DNA from: an uncultured delta proteobacterium
GTDB taxonomy: Bacteria; Desulfobacterota; Desulfobacteria; Desulfobacterales; JAFDCJ01
Length of the DNA stretch: 64,000 bases
Direction of reading: 5' to 3'
NCBI GenBank assembly: GCA_963769935.1
Contig: CAVYNY010000030.1
Location: 32,001 to 96,000 of the forward strand
Shown here: in pieces, positions 10,017-21,377 of the stretch
Layout: every line of letters begins with the position of its first letter
Position numbering within the stretch: the first letter of the stretch is position 1
Translations under genes and position numbers: made by a program
The notes under the pieces: model-generated
Told to the model about the DNA's origin: nothing
Databases searched by the model: none
The model's input: the letters and a program-made list of their open reading frames with translations, nothing else

Positions 10017-10847
10017 TCATCTCTGCCCCGTAAGATAGTTTTGATCGAGACGGCCTTCTATAATCGGTAGCGTGTCAAGGGCGGGTGGATGGAAATGAAA
10101 AATATATTCTAAAAACAAGGCGGTAATTCGAAAGGTCGCACCCCAGAGAATTTCGATGCCGCTGCTGTTTTGGAACTGAAAGCAGGGATAGTCGCGGGTC
10201 AAATTCGATGGCTCTGCATCGGCAGGGATTTTCATATGCAAGCGATAGCACCTGTAATTTGCAGAATTCAACAATTCCTGCAGGGGGACATAGAGGATCT
10301 TATCAACTTCCCAATTCGGGAAAAACCGCTGCTGGCGCCGAACCCAGGTAACCATGGGGTATATTTTGCGCTGAAACATCACCAGTTTTTGGGGCGGCAA
10401 CGGACCCAGAAATTTGGCGCCGAAGGGATTTAACCGCATTTCTTCCAAACCTTCCCGCAAACCCGTGGCCCATAAAAGGGCCAGCATCCGGGCTGACTGC
10501 GGATGAACCCGTTTCCAGTGAGACCAGTAGGGCCAGCGGCCAAGAGATGTGATCGGCAGCGAAAAAAGTTTTGCCAGGGGCGCATCAAGGCGGGGAGTTA
10601 TGCTTCCGCCGGGGAAGCAAAGATCCCCGGGTTGCCTGACTCTTAATGATCTTTTGTTTAAAATCAGGCAGGGCTTAGCGGATCTATTTTTTTTACCACG
10701 CTCAAGTCCCAGCAACAGTAGTACACTGGCGCCGGTTTGCCGATTCAGCTCAGAGTCGGAAAATACTTTGGCGGCATCGGTTCGCTCATGCAGTCTGCGA
10801 ATAATTCGGCGAAGCAAGGCGGTCTTGTCGTTTAAAATCTGCAGCAT
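10017..10847 (-). CDS. NUDIX hydrolase, CoA-pyrophosphatase-like, with insertion in the Nudix box
   Basis: LNKRS..VRQPGDLCFPGG...TGLREGLEEM, PNWEV, ILWGAT. Confidence 0.8.
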   Translation of the reverse strand: MLQILNDKTALLRRIIRRLHERTDAAKVFSDSELNRQTGASVLLLLGLERGKKNRSAKPCLILNKRSLRVRQPGDLCFPGGSITPRLDAPLAKLFSLPITSLGRWPYWSHWKRVHPQSARMLALLWATGLREGLEEMRLNPFGAKFLGPLPPQKLVMFQRKIYPMVTWVRRQQRFFPNWEVDKILYVPLQELLNSANYRCYRLHMKIPADAEPSNLTRDYPCFQFQNSSGIEILWGATFRITALFLEYIFHFHPPALDTLPIIEGRLDQNYLTGQR

Positions 10848-10894
10848 GATCTTTTATGCCATTAATTCTCTTTCCCGGCAAGACCCGATCATGA

Positions 10895-11179
10895 ATGCGA
10901 GCTGCGGGTTGTGAGGTACGGGGTGCGTGTTGCGGGGTACGGGGTGCGAGGAATGGCATAGGGCATGGCGCAGAGCGTAAAAAGATGGAAGATGGGAGGG
11001 TGAGAGGTGAGAAAAAACTGGATAGGTGGGATGACGGAAAGATGGGTCTCCTGAATACTTAAGAGCTTACAAACTTAAGAGCTCACGAGCTTATGAACTT
11101 AACAGCTTACCAGCTTCCAGCCTCTGTCGTCTGTTTTCTGCCCTCTGTCGTCTGTTTTCTGTCCTCTGTCCTCTGGCAC
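10895..11179. repeat. Mosaic of 7- and 8-bp tandem repeat families
   Basis: Blocks of GGGTGCG/GGGTACG, GGCATAG, GAAGATGG, AAGAGCTT/ACGAGCTT and CTCTGTC/TTCTGTC. Confidence 0.75.
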
Positions 11180-12136
11180 CTAGAGCGACCGGATCTCTTG
11201 CCGCATGAACACGATGTAGGAGACTGCAAAACAAATGATGGTGACGGCGACCAGAGAAATAATGTAGGGGATGACGATCAGGATACTCTGACTCAAAGGC
11301 AGAGGACCTGAAAAGCGGGACATGGAAAGATTTTCCAGCGGACCCACTGAGATAATTGAGCGGGTGGATTTACGCATGGGATCGATAATGGTTGCGGTGG
11401 CGTCCGTATAAAGTTCCATAGGTGAAATAAGAGTCAGGGATTTTACAAATTTCGCTTGCTTCACGACGGCTTCCGGATTTTGCGGCGATGTATCACTGGC
11501 CAGGGCATTGGCGACAACATTGGCCCCGATTGTCACAAAAAACGAAAAAAAGATCCACAACGCCAACGACGCCAGGGCGGAGGTCGCCGTGCTGCGAAAA
11601 AATATGGAAAATAGAATAGCAACTCCCAGCCAGAAGGAGATATAGATGATACTGATAATTAAATAAATAATAATTCGCCAGATTTCTTCCATGCCGGGAA
11701 CGATACCCATGACAACCAGTCCCAGGCCGGTGATAACCAGCACAATGGACACCATCATGATGGCGATCATCACCACACCGGCCAAAAACTTGCCGTTGAT
11801 GACCACATCACGGTAAATGGGCTGGGAGAGCAGTTTGCTCAGAGTGCCCTCGTTACGCTCGCGGTTGATGGTGTCAAAACCCAGTATCAGTCCTACCAGG
11901 GGGCCGAAAAATGCCACGAACTGTACCAGCGAAAACATCGCTCCGGGAGCGGTAAATAGCATCAGAAAAATGAAGCGGGGTTTGGCAACGCCCTCCAGTT
12001 CATGTCGGATATTGAGGCCGACCATATAGGCGGTGATCAGGCTTACCATGGCAATCAAAGCAAATATGATGGTAAACCGATAGCTGCTGAAATGATCTGC
12101 CAGTTCTTTTTTAACGATGACGTTAACTCCGCTCAC
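11180..12136 (-). CDS. ABC-2 type exporter permease
   Basis: GTG start 12136 after GGAGG; KKELAD, GFDTINRERNEGTL..LLSQP..R...GKF; about 6 TM helices. Confidence 0.88.
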   Translation of the reverse strand: MSGVNVIVKKELADHFSSYRFTIIFALIAMVSLITAYMVGLNIRHELEGVAKPRFIFLMLFTAPGAMFSLVQFVAFFGPLVGLILGFDTINRERNEGTLSKLLSQPIYRDVVINGKFLAGVVMIAIMMVSIVLVITGLGLVVMGIVPGMEEIWRIIIYLIISIIYISFWLGVAILFSIFFRSTATSALASLALWIFFSFFVTIGANVVANALASDTSPQNPEAVVKQAKFVKSLTLISPMELYTDATATIIDPMRKSTRSIISVGPLENLSMSRFSGPLPLSQSILIVIPYIISLVAVTIICFAVSYIVFMRQEIRSL

Positions 12137-12138
12137 GG

Positions 12139-12891
12139 CTATGCCTCCTGGAAATATTTCATGTAAAGTTCTTCTAAGGTATACTTCTCCTGCCCGATGC
12201 CAAGTTTTTCCCGGGCCAGTCGGTCCATAGATCCATGAGCCACCATGCGGCCTTTGATCATGATGCCCACCCGATGGCAAATCCTTTGAACCTGATGCAG
12301 CATGTGGCTGGAGAGCAGAATCGTCATTTTTTTATCGCGGCATAAACCCTCAATCAACTCCATCATGCGGTTGGTCGCATCCGGATCCAAACCGAGGGTC
12401 GGCTCGTCCAGAAACGCCACTTTGGAATCTTTGATCAGCAGCTCGGCCAGACCGAGACGCTGCCGCATTCCCCGGGAGTAGGCGCCGATTTTTTTTAGCG
12501 ATTCGCTGGCCAATCCCACAGACTCAAGGGCGTTTTGAATGCGGCGGTCGGCATCGCCGCCCGAAATACCGTTCAAGTCGGCGACAAAACGCAGCATCTG
12601 GACGGCATTTAAGTCGTTGTAAAATCCCATGTTTTCCTGCAGATAGCCGATCTTCGATTTCACCTTGATCGGCTCCCGGGTGGGGTCGAGCCCCAGAACT
12701 TTGGCAGTGCCGCTGGTGGGCTCCGTCAAACCCAGCAGCATCAGCAGCGTGGTTGTTTTTCCGGCCCCGTTGGGACCCAGAAATCCAAAAATTTCACCTT
12801 CATTTACCGTAAAGGTAAGGTGATCCACGGCCGTAGCGCCGTTGTATATTTTAGTCAGCGCATCAGTTTCAATAATTGACCGGGTTTCCAT
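12139..12891 (-). CDS. ABC transporter ATP-binding protein
   Basis: GPNGAGKTT, YSRGMRQR, FLDEPT, SSH. Confidence 0.93.
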   Translation of the reverse strand: METRSIIETDALTKIYNGATAVDHLTFTVNEGEIFGFLGPNGAGKTTTLLMLLGLTEPTSGTAKVLGLDPTREPIKVKSKIGYLQENMGFYNDLNAVQMLRFVADLNGISGGDADRRIQNALESVGLASESLKKIGAYSRGMRQRLGLAELLIKDSKVAFLDEPTLGLDPDATNRMMELIEGLCRDKKMTILLSSHMLHQVQRICHRVGIMIKGRMVAHGSMDRLAREKLGIGQEKYTLEELYMKYFQEA

Positions 12892-12892
12892 T

Positions 12893-14107
12893 TCAGCGCC
12901 TTCCTATCCAGCGGAATGTGCCGAAAAGTCCGCCAATCACCGCCACAATGATACCGATGCCGATCCAGCCCCAGGCAGCCGAAGCCTTGACAGTGGTCCG
13001 AAACTCAATCATCTTCTGCGCTTTTTCGCCCTCGACATTGACACTGACCGAGTAGTCTCCCACCAGTGCATCTTCGTAAGGCGTGATGGATACTTCAACC
13101 TGCTTGAGATCACCGGGTTCGATGACGTCTATCTTCTCGGGAGTAAATTCAACCTTCCAGTTTTCAGGCTTAAAGGACATGAACTTGATGTTATGATTGG
13201 CGGCCGACCCGGTATTCTTGACATAGAAAGAAATATTGGCGGTTTTGCCCTGCCTGGCGTCCAGCGACAGCAGGCCGCTGGGCGTTCCGACTTCCAGACT
13301 GTAGGTACCGGTCAGAATGACCGCTAATTTTACTTCGCCCTTGGCGTCGCCGGAACTCACGCGGACATTGATCGGGTATTTACCGGCTGCAGCCATGGGG
13401 GGCGGCTTTACCTCAACCGCAATGGACTGGTTCTGATTCGGTTTCAGTCGCAGGCTGGTGATATACTTGCTTTCATAGGCCGGCTTGAAATTGATTTCCC
13501 AGTCTTTGGGACCGCTGGCGAAAAGATCAAAGACCGCGTCTTTGTCCAGTTTGCTGTCCACATCCACGGAGAACTCAAAGGTTGCATCAGAGGCTCCGCT
13601 TATCTCCGGGTAGGAGGTCGTCAGCTTAACCCCCCGGTCTGCCGTCGATTTTGCCTCCGCTGCGGTGACATCCACCTGGATATTCTGTGCCATCTTGAAT
13701 TCGCCGTCCTCGGTTTTGGCTTCAACCCGGAAGTTGTATTTTCCGGGTGTGACATCTTTGCCCGGCTCGGCTTCAAAAGTCAGGGTTTTGTCTTCGCCGC
13801 TCGGAACATAAACACCGGTCACGGTATAGCGGTAGGTTTTGATTTTAGCTTTCCAGCCTTTGGGAATCTCGGAAATCCAGACATCTGCAGTTTCACCGCT
13901 TTTACCCTTGTTGTGAAAGACAATATCCATGCTCACATTTTCATCCGGAGGCACGACAACACCCGGGTATTCGGCGGCCATGGAAAGGGATCTTGCGGGT
14001 CTGTCATCGGCTTTTTCAGTCGCAAAACAAATGCCCGCACTCAACACCAATGCGGAGACCAGCAGGGCTACGAATATAAGGTTGCGACCCGTTTTAGCAC
14101 AATTCAT
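12893..14107 (-). CDS. Exported NEW3 (NPCBM-associated)-like Ig-repeat protein with C-terminal membrane anchor
   Basis: AAGGAG RBS; signal peptide; three P.GW/DW/NW beta-sandwich repeats with G.Y; C-terminal WGWIGIGIIVAV...GRR. Confidence 0.75.
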   Translation of the reverse strand: MNCAKTGRNLIFVALLVSALVLSAGICFATEKADDRPARSLSMAAEYPGVVVPPDENVSMDIVFHNKGKSGETADVWISEIPKGWKAKIKTYRYTVTGVYVPSGEDKTLTFEAEPGKDVTPGKYNFRVEAKTEDGEFKMAQNIQVDVTAAEAKSTADRGVKLTTSYPEISGASDATFEFSVDVDSKLDKDAVFDLFASGPKDWEINFKPAYESKYITSLRLKPNQNQSIAVEVKPPPMAAAGKYPINVRVSSGDAKGEVKLAVILTGTYSLEVGTPSGLLSLDARQGKTANISFYVKNTGSAANHNIKFMSFKPENWKVEFTPEKIDVIEPGDLKQVEVSITPYEDALVGDYSVSVNVEGEKAQKMIEFRTTVKASAAWGWIGIGIIVAVIGGLFGTFRWIGRR

Positions 14108-14145
14108 TGGAAACTTCTCCTTTGCATATTTAATATGAATGCATC

Positions 14146-14176
14146 TCAAAGGGTGGTCATTCTGACCACCCTTTGA
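14146..14176. terminator. Perfect 14-bp hairpin downstream of groEL
   Basis: tcaaagggtggtca-ttc-tgaccaccctttga. Confidence 0.7.
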
Positions 14177-14212
14177 TGATTTTGCTGCCCCGATCGAGTA
14201 GGCCGTAAGCTG

Positions 14213-15853
<1,641 letters not shown>

Positions 15854-15856
15854 TTA

Positions 15857-16144
15857 CTATTCTAATACGCCGAGGATATCATCCTCGCTCATAAAAAGGT
15901 GTTCGACTCCGTCTATCTTAATTTCCGTTCCGGCATACTTGGAGAAAAGAATGTGATCGCCGACCTTAACATCCATCGGCGTTCGCTGGCCATCATCATC
16001 CATCTTGCCGGGACCGGCGGCTACAACTTTCCCACGCTGGGGTTTCTCCTTGGCAGTGTCCGGGATGATAATTCCCCCGGGACTTTTGGCTTCTTCGTCA
16101 ACTCGCAGAACTAAAAGACGATCATTGAGGGGTTTGATCTTCAT
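15857..16144 (-). CDS. groES: Co-chaperonin GroES
   Basis: [25 protein letters not shown]. Confidence 0.99.
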   Translation of the reverse strand: MKIKPLNDRLLVLRVDEEAKSPGGIIIPDTAKEKPQRGKVVAAGPGKMDDDGQRTPMDVKVGDHILFSKYAGTEIKIDGVEHLFMSEDDILGVLE

Positions 16145-16307
16145 ACTTTTTTACCTCCTTGCTAAAGGTTTTTTCGGCGGATCCAGATTAAATAGTTTCA
16201 GCCGCGGCCGGTTATTGCCGCCGATCCGGTTCACCGGCATGCCGCCTACTTTTTAACGATCTGATCCCCGGCCGACATCAGGGCATTTAAAGATATAATG
16301 CCTATTA

Positions 16308-16320
16308 TATCAATATGTTA
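16308..16320 (+). promoter_or_regulatory. IHF-like binding site
   Basis: TATCAATATGTTA matches WATCAANNNNTTR. Confidence 0.4.
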
Positions 16321-16347
16321 AATAGTTTTCATGCGTGTTCCGGCAAA

Positions 16348-16375
16348 AGTATAATCACCGTTGTAAACTTGTCAA
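16348..16375 (-). promoter_or_regulatory. Sigma70-type promoter for groES-groEL
   Basis: Minus strand TTGACA-16nt-TATACT about 200 nt upstream of groES. Confidence 0.6.
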
Positions 16376-16439
16376 GAGGCGGTACTACCGACACAATGAT
16401 GATATCTGAAATAAGTTTGGTAAACCTTCGAGCCGGGAC

Positions 16440-16825
16440 GGTGCGCTGCCGCGCCAGTTCACAGCTCGTAGCTGATGGCTCATAGGGAATAAGGAGGAAG
16501 GTGGAAAGCTCGGACGGTGGGAAGGTGAGGCGCTGGCGCGCCAGCTCATAGCTGAAAGGGAAAAGAAGGAACGTGGGATGGTGAGAGGGTAAGAAGCTAA
16601 GAAGGTTAGAAGATAAGAAGAGCAGAAGGTGAAAAAAACCGGATATTCACGGTCTCAATGCCTTTTTGCCGTGCGCCTTTATCCTTTGGCCTTTATCCTT
16701 TAACCTTTTACCTATCAACCATCAGCTCCGACCTATCAACCGGTGCCCCAACGCCGCCCCGCAATGTGCAACCCGCTACCCGTATTCAATATTCAATCTT
16801 AAATCTTCAGTCTTCAATATCTTCA
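16440..16825. repeat. Mosaic of 7- and 8-bp tandem repeat families
   Basis: Duplicated gcgctg.cgcgccag.tca.agct; AGAAGNTA octamers; CCTTTAT, CAACCCG and TATTCAA/TCTTCAA heptamers. Confidence 0.75.
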
Positions 16826-18172
16826 AACGACTCCCTGATCCAGCATGGCCTCCGCCACTTTCACAAAACCGGTAATGTTGGCGCCGTTTAAATAGTTGCC
16901 CGGAGTACCGTATTCCTCGGCCGCGTCCAGACAGGATTGGTGAATCCCTTTCATGATAATCTTCAATCGTTCATCCACTTCTTCTGCGAGCCAGTTCAGG
17001 CGCATGCTGTTTTGAACCATTTCAAGGCCGGATACCGCAACACCGCCGGCATTGGCCGCTTTGCCGGGTGCATACAGCAGGGGTTTATCCAGAAAGATAT
17101 CGATGGCTTCGGGGGTGCAGGGCATATTGGCACCTTCGCATACCAGTTTGACATTGTTGTTGATAAGATTGTAGGCATCTTTTTCAGCGATCTCGTTCTG
17201 GGTGGCACAGGGAAACGCACAGGTGGCCCGATGATACCACAACGGGTTGTAATCCAGACTGTGGTCAACCGGGGTGTACACGGCGCTGCTGAACTTGTCG
17301 GCATATTCCTGAATTCTTCCGCGCCGGACATTTTTCAGCACTTTCACGTAGGCCAGCTTTTGAGCGTCGATCCCGTCAGGATCATAAATATATCCGGATG
17401 AATCAGAGAGGGTGACCACTTTGGCACCCATTTCGATGAGCTTTTCCGCAGTATGCTGGGCCACATTACCGGAGCCGGAAACCAGACATATCCGGCCGTC
17501 AAAAGTCATATTGCGGGTGGCCAGCATTTCGGCGGCAAAATAGACACAACCGTAGCCGGCTGCCTGGGCGCGGATCAGACTGCCGCCCCAATTAAGGCCT
17601 TTGCCCGTCAGCGCGCCGGTAAACTCGTTGTTCAACTTTTTGAACATGCCGAATAGATAGCCGATCTCCCTGGATCCGACCCCAATATCGCCGGCAACGA
17701 TATCCGTATTGGCACCGATATGAAGGTAAAGCTCGGTCATAAAATTCTGGCAAAACCGCATCATTTCGCCATCCGACTTGCCTTTGGGATCGAAATCGGA
17801 CCCTCCGGCGCCTCCTCCCAGCGGCAAGGTCGTCAGGGCATTTTTAAAGACCTGCTCGAAAGCCAAAAATTTCAGGATGCTTTGATTGACGGAGGGATGA
17901 AAACGTAAGCCGCTTTTATACGGTCCGATGGCACTGTTCATCTCCACGAGGTACCCGCGATTGACCTTTACGTTTCCCACGTCATCCAGCCAGGGCACCC
18001 GAAAAGTAACGATCCGCTCGGGTTCGACGATCCTTTCCACGATGGCCGCCCGATGGTATTGGGGATTTTGATCCAGCACCGGTTTGACGCTGTCCACAAC
18101 TTCAGTTACGGCTTGATAAAATTCTTTTTCATGGGGATCTCTTGCCTTTATGGTTTCCAGAATCGTGGACAT
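16823..18172 (-). CDS. gdhA: NADP-type glutamate dehydrogenase homolog with degenerate active site
   Basis: Full-length GdhA (FRVPW, LRFHPSVN, FEQVFKNAL, GSGNVA, PCATQNE, EGANMP, KAANAGGV), but GGGAGG replaces GGGKGG. Confidence 0.88.
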   Translation of the reverse strand: MSTILETIKARDPHEKEFYQAVTEVVDSVKPVLDQNPQYHRAAIVERIVEPERIVTFRVPWLDDVGNVKVNRGYLVEMNSAIGPYKSGLRFHPSVNQSILKFLAFEQVFKNALTTLPLGGGAGGSDFDPKGKSDGEMMRFCQNFMTELYLHIGANTDIVAGDIGVGSREIGYLFGMFKKLNNEFTGALTGKGLNWGGSLIRAQAAGYGCVYFAAEMLATRNMTFDGRICLVSGSGNVAQHTAEKLIEMGAKVVTLSDSSGYIYDPDGIDAQKLAYVKVLKNVRRGRIQEYADKFSSAVYTPVDHSLDYNPLWYHRATCAFPCATQNEIAEKDAYNLINNNVKLVCEGANMPCTPEAIDIFLDKPLLYAPGKAANAGGVAVSGLEMVQNSMRLNWLAEEVDERLKIIMKGIHQSCLDAAEEYGTPGNYLNGANITGFVKVAEAMLDQGVV

Positions 18173-18229
18173 TTCACCTCCCTGTCAGGATAAAATTTTA
18201 CCCCGGCGAAATTAAAATTCATCACATAA

Positions 18230-18484
18230 TCAGGCTTTCGTGTAAACCCCTTTCTCCAGAGTCTTAATTTTGCCCTGTTTCTTGAGTTTGAAAATTATGT
18301 TGGCAACTTTTTTCTGGTTATAGCCTGTCTTTTCTTTGATGGCAGCGGTACCCGCACCTTTTTTGGCGCGGCCGATGACCGTCAGTACTGCGTCGGCGGC
18401 GGTGGTGGGAGACTTGACAGTTTTGTTATTTGCTACTGATAAAAATTGGCCACCATATCTGGGGCCACCTTTGCTTCTCGGCAA
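18230..18484 (-). pseudogene. Lys-rich winged-helix (nucleoid-protein-like) C-terminal domain, apparently lacking its N-terminus
   Basis: TAADAVLTVIGRAKKG..TAAIKEKTGY..KKVANIIFKLKKQGKIK...GVY; weak start, N-terminal part looks non-coding. Confidence 0.5.
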
Positions 18485-18576
18485 GTATCGTCATATTTTA
18501 CTGGTTTGTCAATCTAATTAATCCGCCGTGAAAAATAGCACTTCCAGGGTTGCGAATTGATCTTTGAAATCGGAGT

Positions 18577-19425
18577 TTACCGGCAGGCAACGACTATTCC
18601 GGACCATAACTCTTCAAATCTTTTCCAGGGCCACTTCTTGCGGCCCGATGATATTGGGTCGCCGACGACCAGAAATTTCGCATTCGTTTCCAACACACAA
18701 ACCATCTGATTCGTTTGGTAGGAAAATTTTATTCCGGCAAGAAAAGGTTTGGCTATATGGCGCAGGTCTTTTAATTCGGGGACCATCAGGGTAACTCGCT
18801 CCGGTCGTCCAAGCTGCCGGAGTTTCTTTTGAAGACCATAGGCTGCCTGTTGGGGAGACACTCCCGCCCGCGGCGCCGTCATGGACAATCCCGCCATTTC
18901 ACCCTCGGTGGCCTTTATCCCCATCGCATTCAACAGGGTGGTCATTGCGGCAGCACCGCAGGTCTCAAACGAACTCTGCCGGCATACACCGTCCACCATC
19001 GTTCCCCTGTAACCATAGATTAGCGGCTTCCCGAGGTGCCAGAAAGTCTGTTGAACAACAACCAGGAATAGTATAACTACCGTAATTAAAACTGCACGAC
19101 GGTTCCGCCGCGGGACGAGATGACTGATAAAGGCAAAAAAGAGAACCGTAAAAGGAAGCCAAAAATCCTTTTGAATTACGGCGTATACGTCGATCGGCAT
19201 AAGGCGCGCCTCGAGCAGAGGGAAAATTGAAAAAATCAATTTCAAAAAAATCGGCAGGAGGGCCAGCAAGGCACCTGCCATTGCCCATTTTCGGCGACCC
19301 ATGTGAACGCGGTTCTTCTGTGGGGTGACGGGTAAAGACGGGTTCTTATTCGATATCGGCACAAAGGCTATAATTGCTGAAATAAAAGCCGTAGCTGTGA
19401 TGATAAAAAATATATTAGGCGCCAT
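18577..19425 (-). CDS. Membrane protein with C-terminal C39 peptidase-like domain
   Basis: About 4 TM helices, then RQSSFETCGAAA, EGEMA, VVGDP..G, W..FEELWSG. Confidence 0.7.
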   Translation of the reverse strand: MAPNIFFIITATAFISAIIAFVPISNKNPSLPVTPQKNRVHMGRRKWAMAGALLALLPIFLKLIFSIFPLLEARLMPIDVYAVIQKDFWLPFTVLFFAFISHLVPRRNRRAVLITVVILFLVVVQQTFWHLGKPLIYGYRGTMVDGVCRQSSFETCGAAAMTTLLNAMGIKATEGEMAGLSMTAPRAGVSPQQAAYGLQKKLRQLGRPERVTLMVPELKDLRHIAKPFLAGIKFSYQTNQMVCVLETNAKFLVVGDPISSGRKKWPWKRFEELWSGIVVACR

Positions 19426-19692
19426 TGTAAAATTCCCTTTTTATACCGCCATCCACAGGAGCAGGCGTCTGAACTATGCGTCTGCGCCGTGGGGTTGGAG
19501 CCGGGCGCAAAGCTTTCGATATCAGATCATACAAAGCGCCATATTCAATTCTGCTTTCGCCGCTTTTATTGATTGATATTTAAACTGCCTGCAAGCTCAG
19601 ACGGGAAGAACGCTGTGAATGTATGCACAATGATTTTTGTCGTTCTGTATATTTATCGGCATTTTACAAGTGAACTTTAGACGGGGGGATGG

Positions 19693-21234
19693 CTAGGGGG
19701 TGAGTTCCTGCTGCAGCCGGGCGATATCTTCAAAATTCCCGCTCACGGATCGATAAAGCTTTAGATACAGCGGGTAAATTTTCTGGTAGAGGACGGCATT
19801 CTCTTTCCGCGGTAGACATGATCTGCCTGCTTTCATGAAATCTTTAAGGCTTTCCAGGGATTGGACCCAGCCGGTGCCGAGCATGGCCCAATACGCCGCA
19901 CCCAGACAGGATGTCTCGCCCCAGGGTGGAACAAGCATTTGGCGGTTCAGGACATCGGTGACAACCTGCAGCCAGAAGTCCGATTGGGTGAACCCGCCCG
20001 AAGCGATAATCTGTTTCACCTCGACGCCGACTTCGGCCAGAACATCGCTCAAGCTCTTGAAACGAAACGCTATGCCTTCCACCAGCGCTCGACTGAGATG
20101 GGTGGCACCATGCGCGAGACCTATACCGAAGAAGGCTGCGCGGGCATTTAGATTCCAATAGGGGCTGCGCTCCCCGGCAAAAAAGGGCAGGCAGATGACG
20201 CCGCCGGACCCCGTCGGCGATTGGCTCGCCAGGGCCAGGACATCTTCAAAGGAAAGGGCCGGCACGGCGGCAGAATCGGAGAACACCTGGTTCAGACAGT
20301 CCCTGAGCCAGGACAGCGCCACCCCACCGTTGTTAATCGCCCCGCCGACAAGCCAGTGCGCTTGATCAACGACGTAGCACCAGCTGCGGGCCTGCCGGTC
20401 AAGAATCGGCTGTGGACACAATACGCGGAGCGCGCCGCTGGTTCCGACCATGCAGGTTGCCTGCCAGGGCAACACCGCTCCGGCCCCCAGATTTGAATTG
20501 GCCGCATCCGAGGAACCGAGTACCACCGGCACTTTCCGGCGAATACCCATTTGGCGGGCCATGTCCGGGTCCAGTCCGTCATGAACCGTCAGTGGGGAGC
20601 CGGGTGCTGTCAGCTGATCTTGTCGGATGCCCGCCGCATCGAGGCACAAGGGTTCCCAGGCGAGTGAATGCGTGTTCAGCAAGCCCGAACCGGCCGCCAG
20701 GCAATAATCCAGCAGGTACTCTCCGGTCAGGCGGGCGAAAACATATTCCTTGGCGGTCACGTACCGCCAGGCGTTCCGGAACACCTCCGGTCTGTTTTCG
20801 CGCAGCCACATGATTTTGTAAAGTGGATACATCCCGTGGATCGGACAACCGGTATACTCGTACAGCCGGGCAGCCAGCGGCAGTCTCCGCACGGCTTCAG
20901 CCTGATCCACAGCCCGTCCGTCCGCCCAGGTGATCACGCCGGTCAGCGGCTCGCCGTGCCGGTCGAGCGCCAACAGGCTGTGAAGCGCTCCGCCGACACT
21001 TATTCCGGCGCACTTGTCCGCAGCGACGCCGGCCCCGGCCAATGCATTTCTAACCGAGGCGATCGCCGCCTGCAGAAGTACCCGGGGGTTCTGCTCCTGC
21101 CATCGATCGTGGGCGTCGCTGCCGGCATATTCGCCCACCCCGAAGCCGAGAATATCAGCGTTTCCATCGATCACGACGCTCTTGCAGCTGCCTGTTCCCA
21201 GATCGATTCCAAGAAACCATGTTGAGTCTGTCAT
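19693..21234 (-). CDS. gntK: FGGY-family carbohydrate kinase, gluconokinase-like
   Basis: GIDLGTGS, ITWAD, TGCPIHGMYP, VGTSGALR, GGAINNGG, LPFFAGERSPYWN, SGGF. Confidence 0.75.
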   Translation of the reverse strand: MTDSTWFLGIDLGTGSCKSVVIDGNADILGFGVGEYAGSDAHDRWQEQNPRVLLQAAIASVRNALAGAGVAADKCAGISVGGALHSLLALDRHGEPLTGVITWADGRAVDQAEAVRRLPLAARLYEYTGCPIHGMYPLYKIMWLRENRPEVFRNAWRYVTAKEYVFARLTGEYLLDYCLAAGSGLLNTHSLAWEPLCLDAAGIRQDQLTAPGSPLTVHDGLDPDMARQMGIRRKVPVVLGSSDAANSNLGAGAVLPWQATCMVGTSGALRVLCPQPILDRQARSWCYVVDQAHWLVGGAINNGGVALSWLRDCLNQVFSDSAAVPALSFEDVLALASQSPTGSGGVICLPFFAGERSPYWNLNARAAFFGIGLAHGATHLSRALVEGIAFRFKSLSDVLAEVGVEVKQIIASGGFTQSDFWLQVVTDVLNRQMLVPPWGETSCLGAAYWAMLGTGWVQSLESLKDFMKAGRSCLPRKENAVLYQKIYPLYLKLYRSVSGNFEDIARLQQELTP

Positions 21235-21377
21235 TTTATCACCAGCCGTCGCTGTTCGTATACAGGGTTCCGTCAATTAAAAATATAAGTGACTAATTTT
21301 GTGAAAATCACGCGCTTAACAAAAATCATGAGATTTTATTGTATTTTAAAACTTTACCAATGCAACTGGTTTAGAAT

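Noticed and set aside
10895..11179. CRISPR array
   Set aside because: Repeat period is 7-8 bp with no unique spacers, and there are no cas genes.
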